A stretch of 59,716 nt of DNA, the filler included, from Sphacelaria rigidula (lineage: Eukaryota), in the NCBI GenBank assembly GCA_964200075.2. It is 6 parts of 6 records of this genome, joined end to end, with 100 filler letters (N's around TTAATTAATTAA, not from the genome) between each part and the next. Parts side by side here need not be neighbours in the genome. Positions count along the whole stretch, not along the records: positions 19,941 to 29,809 come from CAXNAA020007591.1; positions 29,910 to 39,778 come from CAXNAA020007592.1; 4 more parts are not named here. One strand, 5' to 3'. The notes below the pieces were generated by a model. It was not told where the DNA came from. It made no database searches and worked only from the letters and a program-made list of their open reading frames with translations. Of the stretch, positions 24,967 through 38,231 are shown piece by piece (position 1 is the first letter of the stretch; the number at the start of each line of letters is the position of its first letter). The translations under genes and the position numbers were made by a program.

Positions 24967-25950
24967 TTAAACCAGTAAGGGGGCGAATCCGTTTAGATCA
25001 ATTCGGCAAACAAATGCGGTAGTAGAATAGCCCGCCCAATAATGAGCGAAGTTGAGGAATGTTAGCTGGCATCGGCAAATCAGCCATCGCTTTGACTTTG
25101 TTTGTATCCGGATGCAGGCCTGGTGGCGAAATGGAATGCTCCAAGAAATCCAAGTCAGTCGCACCAAGGCAAGCTTTGGATGGAGACAGTTTCAAATCGT
25201 GCGTGCGTAGGGGAGAGAGAAATTCTCGTAGAGTGCGTATATGTGCAATAGGTGAGGCATCGAAAGCGATAGCGTTATCCAGGTACATGATGATGTGCTC
25301 GAGGCCCTCGGTGATGCGCTGCATTAAGCGTTGAAAGCATCCCGGGGCAGTGGCGGCGCCTTGTGGCATTCGAAGCCAATCATAGAGTCCGGACGAGGTA
25401 CAAGAAACCGTCAGTGGGACTGTGTCAGGATATATAGCATTCTGAAAAAATCCAGAAGCGAGGTCGAAGGTGCTGAATATTGTCCTTCGCCTAAGGAGTC
25501 GAAGACTTGATCAATGCGGGGAATTGAAAATTTACCGACTACAGTGACGCGGTTCAACCGTTGATAATTCACGGTTATGCGTATGTTTCCATCCTTTTTG
25601 GGGACTACCACAAGTGGCGAGGCCCAAGGAGAGAAATAATTATGCTCTAATCCCGCTCCCAAATACGCACCCAAGATGGCGTTAACTTTCTTGGTAAGGA
25701 TCGAGTTTGTTCGGTATGGCCGAGAAGAAATCGGCGAGACACCGGGTTGGAGGGTAACCTCAAAGGGCTGTGTTTTGCAATGCCCAAGATCCGTCTTGGA
25801 TCGGGAAAATTGGTCTTGGTACTGTAGCAGGACATCACTGAGTTCTCGGATGACTGCCGGTTCCCAGCCGGGCCCATGAAGGTCAAAATTCATGTCGTGC
25901 ATGTGTCGCGGCAGTTGGTTCCACATGTGCAAGAAACTATCCCGAGAATC
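24967..25950 (-). pseudogene. Gypsy reverse transcriptase
   Basis: SPWASPLVVVPKKDGNIRITVNYQRLN and MPQGAATAPGCFQRLM. The catalytic motif reads YLDN instead of YxDD. Frameshift near 25470. Confidence 0.93.
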
Positions 25951-26449
25951 TGGTGATGAGCGTTGAAGCACTTCAGCAGGAGGATCGGAATTTGACTGGG
26001 CAGGATCCACGGTGGGGACCTGGGGTGGAGTCGCAGAGGCGAGATCGAAATAAGGTTCATCGACACAATGGACTGACTCCGCCTGAGATGTGGCGTTTGG
26101 CGCGGCAGGCTCTGTTGCTCACGTCTCGAGTGGGATGTGCATCAGGGGAGCAGCGGTGATTCCTAAAGCATCGCCGGGTTCCAAGTTGGCATGACCCGAA
26201 AGAGGGAGGAGATGTTGTCCCGCCGACACAAAATGTTCTGTGTCGGCTGGTGCGCCAATACGGGGTAACATTTCGGCAAGATAATGGGCCGTAAGTGCTG
26301 GCATGCCATTTCGGCGAACTAGTGCAACTTCTAGAAGTTGGGGGTCGTCGGAGAGTTATACCAACGCTATCGTTGTATCGTAGGTGGTAAGCAACTCCCG
26401 TTGCTTGAGGATTCTTCAGGGAGACCAGGGCGCCGCGGAGAGTACCAAA

Positions 26450-26900
26450 GTGCTCGAGATTGAATTCTCCACGAGGCGTGGAATGTAGCGTTGGTGGTGG
26501 AAGCGTGCGGTAGGTGCGTTTATTGAACCGCATATAGCTATCTCTGCCCAATAGTATGGCGTGATGCATTGCGCTGTCGGGGACAATGTATGCCCAGACT
26601 GCCAGGCTGGTAGATAGAGTGGTGGTGTTGTGAAATAATTGTACACTGAGACGTACGGATTTAGGGGTCGTCCGTGGTGCGGCAGCATCACCGAAACCGC
26701 CCCAAACGCGAGGTTTGGTGGTGGTTTCGCAAGCTGCAGAAGCAGCGCCAGTCTGTTTTATGTGTTTCCATGTTGATTTTCCAATAAATGTTTGTGGGCT
26801 GCCGCTGTCCAATAAGGATACGCGTTTCGTAGGCGTGATGGCGTTTGGACCGGAATGGATCGCAACGCGTATAGTGAAAGTGGCCGGATCTGCAGGCACT
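26450..26900 (-). pseudogene. Retroviral-type aspartic protease
   Basis: VSLLDSGSPQTFI catalytic motif, with AILLGRD downstream. Confidence 0.85.
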
Positions 26901-27813
26901 TTACCGCCCACAAGATCCGGACCGTGTTTCAGCAAGGTAAATCGGTCAGGATTAGCGGGGCTGACAGCAAAAACGCCCGGCGGGTGGTCCGCCGGTGGGT
27001 CAGATGTCTCACCAGAGAAGGGGGTGGACGGTATATTATTTCCAGGTGTGGCACGGTCAGAGTGGTAATTGGCGATTTCGTAAATGATCGTCTTTGGTTG
27101 GCAGGGATCACCGTCCAAATGGGATCCGTGTGTGCGGGGCTGGAGTCATCAATTGAAGAAGTAGTGCCGTCATAATTATTTGATTTTGTTTCTTCCGGGA
27201 TACTTGATAGAGCCGTCGAACTCAAAGTCGTCGAATTTTGGAGAGATTGAGGTCGAGGGTTTCCGCTGGAAAGAGATGTACGTAATGATGCGCGCGCGTC
27301 TTCGGGGGCATGCTTACGGGGCTTTCTCTTTCACCGTGACAGAGGTCGGGGAACTTCCAAAACATTTTGGGATGAAACCACAACTGCGTCCAGTTGCGTG
27401 GATGGAGTCAGCATCGTGGCATGACGGAGAAAAACTTGTGGGCTGCTTTCCGTAGGCAAACTTGGCTGTTGGATCATAGCCGAAGATATGTTGGGGCGGT
27501 TGTTATCAGAACCGGTCGAAGGTAGGTCCGTGCGTGTTGAAAATCGCGGGGAAGGAGCTCGATCCAACTGATTGGGAGTTACATGATCCGATGTGGTCAA
27601 GTTCAAATCAGAAACACTTGGGTCAGCTGAAAAATACTTGTTACTACCTGTGCGTGCGGTCGCTGAGGGAAGCCTTTCCCTCAGGGACTGGCGGTTGGTC
27701 TTCCCACACCTCAGACTTATGCTCGGCACTGAAGGACCAAGTTGAAAGCCGGGTGTAGGTCTGAGTCGCAGCTTGACACAACTGTTACACGGTGTGTGGA
27801 GGAGTGAAGACGG

Positions 27814-28027
27814 GGGTCGATATGAACGGCCGTCAGTTGCACTCCTGCATAGTGCCGGGGGAGCCGGGCGAACAATCTTAGTCGCGGGCTCTGCTGGCTG
27901 TGTTGAAAAATGTGTGGAAGTTGGAGACGAGGGTCGATTTGAACGGCCGTCACTTACGCTCCTGGGAAGTGCCGGGGGAGTCGAGTGAGCAATTTTAGAC
28001 ACGGACTCCGCGGGCTGTGTTGAGAAA
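27814..28027. repeat. ~117-bp direct repeat (2 copies) in the gag-protease spacer
   Basis: 27814-27910 versus 27931-28027. On the minus strand the copies encode FSTQPAESVSKIAHSTPPALPRSVSDGRSNRP and FSTQPAEPATKIVRPAPPALCRSATDGRSYRP. Confidence 0.8.
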
Positions 28028-28341
28028 GTCTTCGCTCGTGCTGTCGGCGGCGTGGAAGACCGACGAACGCCGGCGTCGGCACGTCATGGATCTAGGCGAT
28101 CCGTAGTGAAGGTACCAGGGCTGTTGGTGTTGGGAGTCGAGCTTTGTGTCGGTCCCGCCCGCTGGTGTCTATCAGCGGAACGTTTGTTGTCGCGAGAATT
28201 TTGATCGTTCTGGCGAGGGCTTGCGTGATTGTTGTTTTGTCGGCAACCGCGATTAGAGCTTTTGCTGCCACGTTGGTTCTAATTGTTACGGTAATTGCGA
28301 TTAGGTGGGCGGTAGTCGCACATGCGTTTTTGCCGTCGGCG

Positions 28342-29545
28342 TCACGCGGGTTCATTGTCCTGCAATTCAGGGTTCATTAGATCAAAGGCATTGATGCATG
28401 GACTGTCGCAGTCGCACATACTGTGGCCTTGAACACTACAGTTGATGCAACTGTGGGCATGACTGCTGAATGCATTACGTCTAGCGGAAGACAAAAGAAG
28501 TGGGTTCCACAAATGGGGGTCATCGGTAATGAATGCCGTTGTTGAAGTCAAATAAACATCATCCCAAGTTTTCTCGGAAAACGGCCAACCATCAAAGCTC
28601 TGGTACTCTGAACATGCATAACTGAACCGGCGACCGAGTCGGGCGTCCATGAAACGCGAGACGAGCTCGAATTCCTGCCCCGACCCCTTGGGCATAAGCG
28701 GAGGACACAACCGTAGGTTGTGAACGCACAGACGTAGAAAGTTTGCCACATATGGCGGGCGTCAGATTACCCTCTTGGTATACAAAAGCAGGCCACATAG
28801 TATCAACGGAGGCGTAAGGCACCTCGCGATGCGCCAAGACACCCGGAAACAACGACGGCACCAGAGCCGGATACTGTTGAGCAACGCCATTGCGAACGTA
28901 AGTCTGACATATTGCATCGCTCGGTCCGTTTTGGCGTCCGACACCCGTAGTACCCGAAACCAAAAGCTTAAATTCGCGGAGATAATCCCCGAGGGGAACA
29001 TCCGATGCGACGACAAAAATACTTAGCTTTTGGATGGCGCTGGCCTGGTAACTTTTGTCGAAGTAGCCAATTAAACGCCTCTCCAAATCAGAGAGTAATA
29101 CTGGGCCTGTCTTTCCCTCGGCACGGTCCGGATCCATTTCGGCGAGGAAGCCATCGGGAATCTGCGTTAAAGAAGCAGCGATGTCGGGAGAGCGGCGGCT
29201 GATGGATCGATGCAATGCTTTTTGCAAGGGAGTCTGCCAGCCCTCTACACAGTCGGAGTCTTCGAAACGTTGAGTGCCAGTCGCATCCGTCAAGTGAAGG
29301 ATGTTACAAACAGTACAGCGAATGGACGTGATAAGGGCAGAAGTAAACTAGCCCGAATCTTCGTTATCCGCAGCAGGCACTGTTTTAATGTGCCAGAGGT
29401 GTTTCACATCCATCTGAGGATACTGCCTCTGTGTTACAGCTACTCGGGCAGACTCAGCTCTATCGGAAGCTGCTTTTTTACTAGCTGCGGAACGTTCTTT
29501 GTCAGCCGCAGCGGTTGCTAAAGCGCGGACTGCAGTAGAAGACAA
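28342..29545 (-). pseudogene. gag: Gypsy gag-like ORF with zinc knuckle
   Basis: CINCSVQGHSMCDC matches CX2CX4HX4C. A capsid-like helical region reads PLGDYLREFKLLV. The ORF is broken into three frame pieces. Confidence 0.75.
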
Positions 29546-29809
29546 AGGACGGTCAGGTGTGTCCGTATCGGATAAACCTAAAATGAGAGCCGAAAATCAG
29601 CCAATTTAGGGATCACTGCCTGGGGGTCGCCGGACCCGAGGGGGAAAGGTCTGTACCGGACCGATTCCAGCCGGTTGCGGAAGATCCGCAAGAAGTACCT
29701 CCTTATTTTCAGCGGGGCGGGTTGCGGGGGTTGCGAGCCGGGAGGCTCGGTCCGGAACCGCCCGAAGAAGATCCCCCATCGCCATGGCGGCGGCGTGAAC
29801 CTCCGCCAT

Positions 29810-29909
29810 NNNNNNNNNNNNNNNNNNNNNNNNNNNNNNNNNNNNNNNNNNNNTTAATTAATTAANNNNNNNNNNNNNNNNNNNNNNNNNNNNNNNNNNN
29901 NNNNNNNNN
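29810..29909. other. Artificial contig linker
   Basis: Same spacer. Confidence 0.98.
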
Positions 29910-30036
29910 ACACAACTTCGTCCTCCCCCGCAAGGGGGGGGGGGGGAAGTGACAAAAACAAACCACAAACAAAAAAAAAGAGCCCCCCCCCCCCCCCCCC
30001 CCCCCCCAGATACTCTGTTCCGGTCGACTTCTCGAG

Positions 30037-30317
30037 CCTCCAGAGCAGTTAAACGCCTCTGGAGGATGCGCGGCCCTCCAGAGGGGTGGGATCAAACGCC
30101 TCTAGAGGTTTGTTTTGCTTCTGGCGGGCCGCGCACCCTCTGGTGGAAGTTGGACGATGCGCAGCCCTCCAGAGCACCAATTTTTGTGTTACTCTCGAGG
30201 GATTCAGACCTCAGAAGTCACTGGAGCATCAGGTGCCCTCCAGAGGATTCGTTTTATGACCGGCACTGAGCATGATAGTATTTTTATCCCCCGGAGGGTC
30301 ACTTTACCCTCGAGAGG
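30037..30317. repeat. Cluster of about 9-10 quasi-palindromic CCTCNNGAGG motifs
   Basis: Copies at about 30037, 30056, 30075, 30099, 30137, 30166, 30192, 30237 and 30308, in both orientations. Confidence 0.7.
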
Positions 30318-32029
30318 GTGAAAATCGCGATAGAGGGTGTTTGTGGGGGTACCCGAATGGCCGCGTGTGAAGCTTGTCAAGGTGGTTAAAGGTTCTGAAC
30401 CGTTCCCGTGTCGTTGCTGAGTTCGATCGGGAACACGTGCATATCTTTTTTCATGTTGTCCTTTTCGTAGTGTCTTCGAAACTTGACAACTTTGCGCTTC
30501 CACACGTGTGTGTGTGTATGTGTGTGTTTTACAATACTGTTAACTACATTTTCATGGAGAAGCCTGAGGCATCGTTGTCCCGTGCCGCTCTGAGATTCCT
30601 CAGTTTACGTGTGTATCGATACACTACGTGTTTCTTCGAAGGGGGCATTCCATTCAAACCCACGCTCGAGAGATGGGGAAGATCTCAAAGGCAAAAATCG
30701 AACATGTACGGACGCGATGTCTTGGGGGAAATAAACCCGCCACTGTTTCTATCAAATGAGAAGTGATGACTCCGACTCAAGAAGGGGAACATGAACATGA
30801 TCACGTTCGCGAGCGCAGAGAGCTACCGTTCGTCAAAACTACACGCTCTCGTTGTGATATTTTTCACAGCTTTGACAAAGTATGGTCAATAGTCGCAAGA
30901 GGTGGGCAAAAAATGTACTGCGTGAAGTACATTTTTTTCTGTTGCAACTGTTGGCCATACATTGTCGAAGGTGTGGTGTTTTTGAACCGCCATCGTGGAT
31001 TTGCTTTTTTATCTCCCTGACCTGGACCGTTGACTCTCGGTGCTTTCAATCTGTGCAACTTCTGGCGATGCTGCCGGTCTGCTAGGGTTCTCGGGCAACT
31101 GCGGTGGGTGGGGGACACGTGTCTAACCGGGGGAGCTTGACTGTGAGGGGTGACGTTAGCTTCCGACATGGGTTCACCACGGGAAATGTGAGCCAAGAAA
31201 CACGAACAAGTCATACTTCCGTTCGGAAAGCTGCTGGTTGGATGATGCTTGCAGGCTGCCATGCGATTCTGTTTCTAATATTCGTTTTTTTATTTCTCCC
31301 CTGACTTTTTGTTGCCCATTCACGTTTATGGCGAGACGCGATCGACAGAAAGCGAGGCATGGACACTGTAGAGGCACGAATAGACAATCCCTCGATGCTT
31401 TTAAACGTGCACCGAAAGATGTAAACTGGGGCATGATCAGAAGGCTTCGGTTTGGTACGCGATAGCTTTCCGTAGTGGTGGGCACGTGCATTTGTGAAAC
31501 GTCAGAGGTTTACCTCGCAATTTTATTGCTATGAGATAATGATGATTAGTCTTATTTAAATTATGATTGTTGTGAATATTCTGGCAATTACTATCATTAT
31601 TTATATCAACATTGTTAGTACTCTTGTTGTTGCCGTGTAGCTGCGATAGGGATCGGAGGTGGGGAGGGTGTCGCCTCCGTCGAACTTAATCACGCATGTC
31701 CACCCTCCAACTCCACCTAACAGTTGGTTTATATAACACATCAAAGGTATTGCTTTCATCGTTCTATCTGCTGTATACGGGAGCTCGATCAGAATTGTCA
31801 AGTCTTCCACCTGGTGTGCAGTTATACATGAAGCCTCATGTTTTTGCAATTCCCAAAAACCAATCCGGAGTCTGTCATTGTCATGAGAATTATTACCAGT
31901 GCCGAATGCTACGTGAAGTGCTAGTTGCCCGTACAGTAGTACATGAAATGTATTTTGACAAGTTTTCAATTGTTCAAGGGTGATGTTGACTGTATATCTC
32001 AAAGGTGCTTATATACTGGGCTACGTTCC

Positions 32030-32960
32030 CTTAGGTACCCTAGATGTTGAGAGTGCTTGGAGTACTGTGCGCACAATTTCAGGGTAGCCAGAGTGTCGAC
32101 TGACGAAGATACTCAGTATTTCGCACTACCAGAGATATCAACAGCCAAACACATGGTAACACATTCACTTTTTCGAAGTACCGGGGATGCCGACTACCGA
32201 CAAATACCTAGAGCACCTGCCCGTCGAAACATCCAGCCTAGTACCCACAGTATTGAGTACAAGTGCTGAGTATACCGAGTAATAGCCAGCGTATCAACTG
32301 CAAGGAATACTTGGCAGTCAGGGTACCCAGGGTATCGAGTGCCAAAATTACTCAGTGCCCCAGGGTATCCGCATGGACTGCCGGAAATACTCACGGTCGC
32401 AGGGTACATGGTCAACACTAGTCAATACAATCAACTGTATGTAGTGAATATACAATAGTAACGTAACACTGACAGCAAGCCGTCCGGTAAAATTTTGCAT
32501 ACTTGACGCAAGGGATGGAAGTTAAAACCTTTCTGGCTGCTCTAGTGGTCCAAGGGTACCTGAAGTGGAATATATACCTAGGGTACGCTGGATGTTCATG
32601 GTACTTGGAGTACCCAATACTCCAAGGTACGCAGAGTATCGACTGTTGAAAGTACTGAATCCCTACAGAACCTCTGGTATCCACCCACCGAAGTACACTA
32701 AGACGTAGTCTGGTACCCGGAATACTGAGCACATGAACTAAACACTCCGGGTGCCCAGGGTATCGTCTGGCGGAAGTACTAAGTGAGTCATGACACCGTG
32801 GATACTTGCTCTTATAGATACCTGGTGTAGTACCAGTTGTACTGAGTGCATGTACTAAGGTGTCCGGGTACCCCGAGTACCGACTGTGGGAAATACTCAG
32901 TACTCGAGAGTTCTCAGGGTTTCGACAGCCGAACATATTTAGTATTCTAGAGTACTCGTG
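32030..32960. repeat. GTAC-rich degenerate repeat (GAGTAC/GGTACC/TACTCAG motifs); similar tract at 58660-59010
   Basis: Dense recurrence of GTAC-centred words in both orientations. The ORFs over it look non-coding. Confidence 0.65.
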
Positions 32961-35900
32961 GTATCGACGCTACCAAATGCCCCGCTTTGTGTCCTGCCCT
33001 ACCTTGAGCACCCTTTTCATTTTTTTTACATGTGTATGCGTTATTTCCATGATTCCATCTACCTACCCTTGTCAAAGCTACTCGACCCCTGAATACATAC
33101 CACTGTGCCTTGATACGGCATCGCGGAATACGAGACACGCAAAGACAGACACAATCTGCAGGTTCATCAATGAGATACCCTTCCGAACGCTTGCACAACT
33201 TCGCTCACGGCCGTGTAAGTTTCGGCGGGTGACAGACATCCTCAAGTCACACAATTTTGATCATTGTGTTTTTTTGCGTGACCACGGCGCTTCATATACC
33301 AAGCAGAAATGCTCGGAAGACCTGTGTTTCAGACCACTACATATTGGTCAACCCGAATATATGGCCTGAGTATTTTCCCCCCAATACTTGTGCCATGCTA
33401 CGAAAATTAATCGGCCGTGCGTCACGCGGGGCCATTTCGCCCCCAGCTGCAGCAACGGGCGTCAAGCCGGAGATCAGCGGCATGGACAGTCCCATATTGT
33501 ATACCGAAGGAAGATACTGCAAAACTTGTGATAGTAGCAAACAGAGCTTGCGTTCGTACTTTTTCATTCCCACAACCTAACATCGAACTTTGGGTGCGTG
33601 TAAAACGCTGATCTCAGGCGGGGGTGGTGTATAACGAGATCGATTGAAAAAATGCGTGAAGACGAGCCGTTTTTTGTTCCGTATCTACTGCACTCGTCTA
33701 GCCCCTGTGGCAGCTCCATCTCTGTATCGTGTTTTGAAACTCGAGCGATACACAGTTCGACAAGATTGCGCGTTCGGAGAAGGCCCGTTTTTCAATGAAC
33801 TGTCCGAGGTGTATCGGGAGAGTGTAGTTTGTGGTTCTTGAGAGATCGAGCTTGTGAAGTTTTTTGCCCCGGGGAGACGTCTCCCGAAAACAGTGTTACG
33901 TATCGGAAAACGTGCCGCGGTGACGCATGTAGTTCAAGTGGGGACAGCATCGCCTCTTCATTGGTCGTTCTGCCTTTGATAATAGAGACTTTCTGGAACG
34001 CGTTTTTTTGTTTTGACAGACTAACGTTTGCCAGCATGATATCTCATGAAGTGTACTCTTTCGAACATTTTTAGGTTCCTCACCACACATTCGAAACTCA
34101 AAACGCTGAGAGAAGTATTGCAAGTTTTCGGAAGTGTCGAAGTCACGGGATGTATACGTTGACAATGAATAACGTGTGCCCGAAAGTCTCAAGCATCTGG
34201 TTTTTGTGGTGCGTGCTAGAATCTCACGATACGCACTTTCTCGCCCTTTTGAAGTGACGCATTGGGCACAGGACTAAGTCCAAAGTCAGCAATACTGCCT
34301 TCTCCGCCACTTCTCAGTGTAATTGTCGCTTCTTTATTGTCGCTGCTTTTGTTGTTGTCGACGTTGTTGTTGTCCATGATCTATTGAAGATTACTATCAG
34401 GTGCGACGATTACATGGTACTGAAAATTATAACGTGTGAGCTTTTCATTCCTCTCCGACCTTCCACATTAATAAAAGAACAACATGAACATGTTTTACTG
34501 GTTTCAATACCAGCGTCGAGGGTATGGTGTTGTGGGATCTGACGAGGCATGGCCGACCGTACCTATGGCCACCGTGCCCGCCTTGGCGTTTCCTCCCCAA
34601 CCATTAACCGCACCCACCGTATCATGATATTTCGCCTTTTTTAGGGCGGTGCCGCGTACACAGACGAGAGTGGCGTCACCGAGTTAACGGGAATCGTGTC
34701 GTCAGAAGGCAACCGGGCGGTGAGTGACGCCGTGATATTGATTCAGACAAAGCTAAGACCCCGTGAATATGCATCCCCCTTGATCTGCATGTTGAGGGAT
34801 GCGTGGGCAATGGCCAAACGACAAAGGCGAACAACAAATGAGTACGCCCCCCCCCCTCCCTGATCTGCATTTATTTCCCGTTCGTCGGTACAGTACAGTA
34901 CCCGGCCCGAGCGGCGTGACGCGCTTCTTTACGCTGTGGTCACGAACGATTTGGCATATCTTTCCTGCTCCCGAACGGCCTTGTTTGGCCCGTAACGGCG
35001 TGCGATCTACACACAGCAACCGTTCAGCATTTGGCACCCAATGCGAACCAAAGGGGTGAATGTTGTGGTATTGTGTATCAACCCTGACCGGAAGAATGTG
35101 GCACCGGGTAGTAGTGTGGTTCGCAATAGCGGAGCCGCAATCTCCTCCCGCGGCCTTTTGTTTTATCTTGTTCTGTTTATGGGTGCACGCGCTTTTTGCG
35201 CACTGCCTTTTCCACCTGAAGCCATGCTGCAGCGACCGGCCATTTCTAGGTACATTTTGTGATATAAATACATATTTTGTCATTGGGATCGCTTTTTGTC
35301 CTTCTCCTCTGTACAAGTCCTTCCATATTCCATCACTTTCCCTTTCCTGCTTGACGTTGTATATGTTTTTCTTCGTTTTTGTTCGAGTTCTTGCTTGTGT
35401 TGGATTTTTTAACGTTTTAACGTTTTGACGCATGTTCTATCTTTTTGTGTACACACCTTTTGTTTTTCAGCGAGCGTTTCCGTTTTGCTTTCCTTGGTTT
35501 CATCTACCTTGTGGATAATATAATATCACGACTGGATCATGACTCATCGGGGATCACTTAATGTGCGACAGTAGATTGCATCATTTGTATCTAATAACCT
35601 TGATCCCAGTGGTGCAGTCTTTCCTCCCTCGATATGCCCTTCAATAATACTTGTTCGACAACCTCCACTTTGCTGTATGTATACCAGTCTGTGAGGACAT
35701 GTCGGCCTTGTATACATGAAGAAGTATGGAGTTTTGCCCTCAACTGCTGTAAGCTTCTGAGCAGGGTATTCCTTCGTTATGTCAGCAAGTCAGTATTTCA
35801 ACTTCCTTCTGAGTCGGATGTCTCTCGCTGTTGTGTTTTATTTTTGTCAAGGGTGGGCAGTGCGATGATCTCTACACGAAAGCATTCTTGTCGGAGGGCG

Positions 35901-36891
35901 GAGTAATCACAGTACGAAGACCACATTCAGCATTCCCAACGTCGAGAGCGCCAAGGATAAAAACACTGCGAGGCTCGAAAACAAGAAATTCTATGAATTC
36001 CGGGGGGAAATCCGACCCGAGGGGCGAGATAACGAACGATACATGCGTGCAAGTATCATAGCGACGATTTCGTGGTTGACGCTTCAGTTAGGGTTATCGG
36101 CGGTATTGTTGACAGCGGTGATAGTGGTAATGAGTGTGTTGGATGTTATTTTCGTGTGCTGTCCAAGTCTCCACCACACGCTTGCGTTGTGGGTCCGTGG
36201 TTTTAGATGTTCGTGTGACTTGGCTGGCTTACATGCATTGCTATGATACGCTTGTTTACGGAAGGTAACGGCAGTCCTTGCAGGAGGTCATCTCAACGAG
36301 TGGCGTTGCTCGCTGAGGTTCGTCAGGTTTGACTGCGTCGTCTCACGGAGAACAATTCGCCCGACGTTTTGCGTACATTAGCATGCATCTCGTTCGTCTG
36401 TTCGGCGGAGCGGGGCACGTCCGTCAACAGTGTGCCATGCCAAGTCCGCTTAGGTTTGCCTGCCGCTGAGTTTTTGGCGAATATTCTTTGCTTTGCGGCC
36501 CCGCGCAGTAGAGGTGACCAGCGATGCTGATATTATCGATGATATGTGCTGTTTCTTCGGAGCGTGTTCATTCCACTCGGTACGCCACTCAGGGTTTAGC
36601 ACCTTGCCGAGGTGATGATAGAGGGTAGATACTAGTGTCCCTGGTCTATCTAGGTTTTTCGCGTTGATCGTGGTACTGACTCGGTCGATTGCCATATTAA
36701 CGCCTCAATGGCCTTCATGTTGTATGCCATCTTATGAGCAACTTAAACCAGTGTCCCCTTGCACGGAGGTATGTGTTACCGTGCCGTGCCGTCAAGCCGT
36801 AGTGGGAACGGAGGTGAAGTCATGGAGGAAATGTATCCCTGATGTTTCCGAAATCCGAACTTCTGAGTGATATGGTGGCTTGTGTCTCTGC

Positions 36892-36933
36892 GCGTATCAT
36901 GCAGTGCGTATCATGCGGTGCGTATCATGCGGT
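36892..36933. repeat. 14-bp minisatellite, 3 copies
   Basis: GCGTATCATGCRGT x3. Confidence 0.9.
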
Positions 36934-38231
36934 GAATCCGCAGAACAACAAGGAAAATAACAGGAACACAGGCAGACTCAAATGTGTCTACGTGTACCGC
37001 CAACCCTAATGGTTTTGCTGAAGAGAAGGTCATATTTGGGTGGGAGTATCATCTCCAATGATAATGCCATGAGAAGCATAGTAGCCTGGTTGTCATGCCG
37101 CCTTAGACCCGTTGATGAGTCCGGCTTCATGTTACATTTGTGGTATTTCTAAGACTGCAGATCTGTTCAGAGTTGGTCAGGTACGAGTGTGAATTTGTAC
37201 ATGACAGAGATGGTGACGGCTTGGTTTGCCCTTGCACAAACCAAGCCACACCCACCGCACTGCCATCTACTCCCCTCTTCCAGCAAAGAAGTCTAACACC
37301 GGTGAGACTAATTGGATTGAGAGACTGGATTGAAGAGATCGGATACAGTAAGGTTGAGACCAAGCAATCAAGAAGCGATAACATCTACCTGCGCGTGGTT
37401 TTTTTGGTATCTTTTGGACACATCTGTGTGAGGTGATACCTGTTATCTGGCCTGGCTGTTCAGTCTGCGGACTGGCCCCTTGCCTGGCCTAGTGAGCCTG
37501 TGCGTGCCTACACAGCACCGTAGCCCCATTATATTTGGCATTTGATCAAGGAGTCTCTTCTTTCGCAATTGAGTCGCCCTTCTTAATACCAACTGTATCT
37601 CTGCTTGTCGAGCTGCGTGCGCGTGGCTTGCTTCTGACGATTATTTTCTCTTTATGGTATTTGATTGAGGCAGTCAAACCTATTGAGCTGTTTCCGGCTT
37701 GCTAGATAGTCAGTTGTTAGCGACTGCAAAGCTTTCTCCTTTGTGTTACGCCGTACATTGTGCTCGCGATTCGTTGGAAAACACGTATTTTCATGGAGAA
37801 GAAACTCTCGGTACCCCCATTAATGTTGTATGCGCTTGTAAAAACTCTACCGTCGTTCATTAATACCTGGGGGGGGGACAGGGAAGTCGTCTTCCCTCAG
37901 GTCTTGAGAGTCCTTCAAATTGTGGGGATGTAGTTGAGAAGAATCAAACTGTTTGGCTTTTATACCTGTTGCGAACTTCGGTCGGGAGTGAATACGGTAG
38001 AGCAACGAAATCTAGCTATGGTCGGGTTTGCCTGCCGTACTACCGACAGCGTTGCGTGAAAGCCATAAGACCTTTGCTGTCGGCGGTTGATGGCGTGGGT
38101 CTCAAATGCAACGACAAGTGGTTAATCGTAGAGCACTCTTGTCCCCGCTTGTAATGCATGATCTCCTCACATCAGAATAATTCTGGAAAGCTACTCGTAG
38201 TGTACTGGGATGTTCACACGACTAGCGTGTG

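Larger units (their letters stand above)
22630..29545 (-). mobile_element. Ty3/gypsy LTR retrotransposon internal region, inactivated
   Basis: Order is gag (CCHC) - PR - RT - RNase H - INT on the minus strand. Multiple stops and frameshifts. LTRs not seen: the 5' side runs into the contig end and the 3' side is truncated. Confidence 0.95.
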
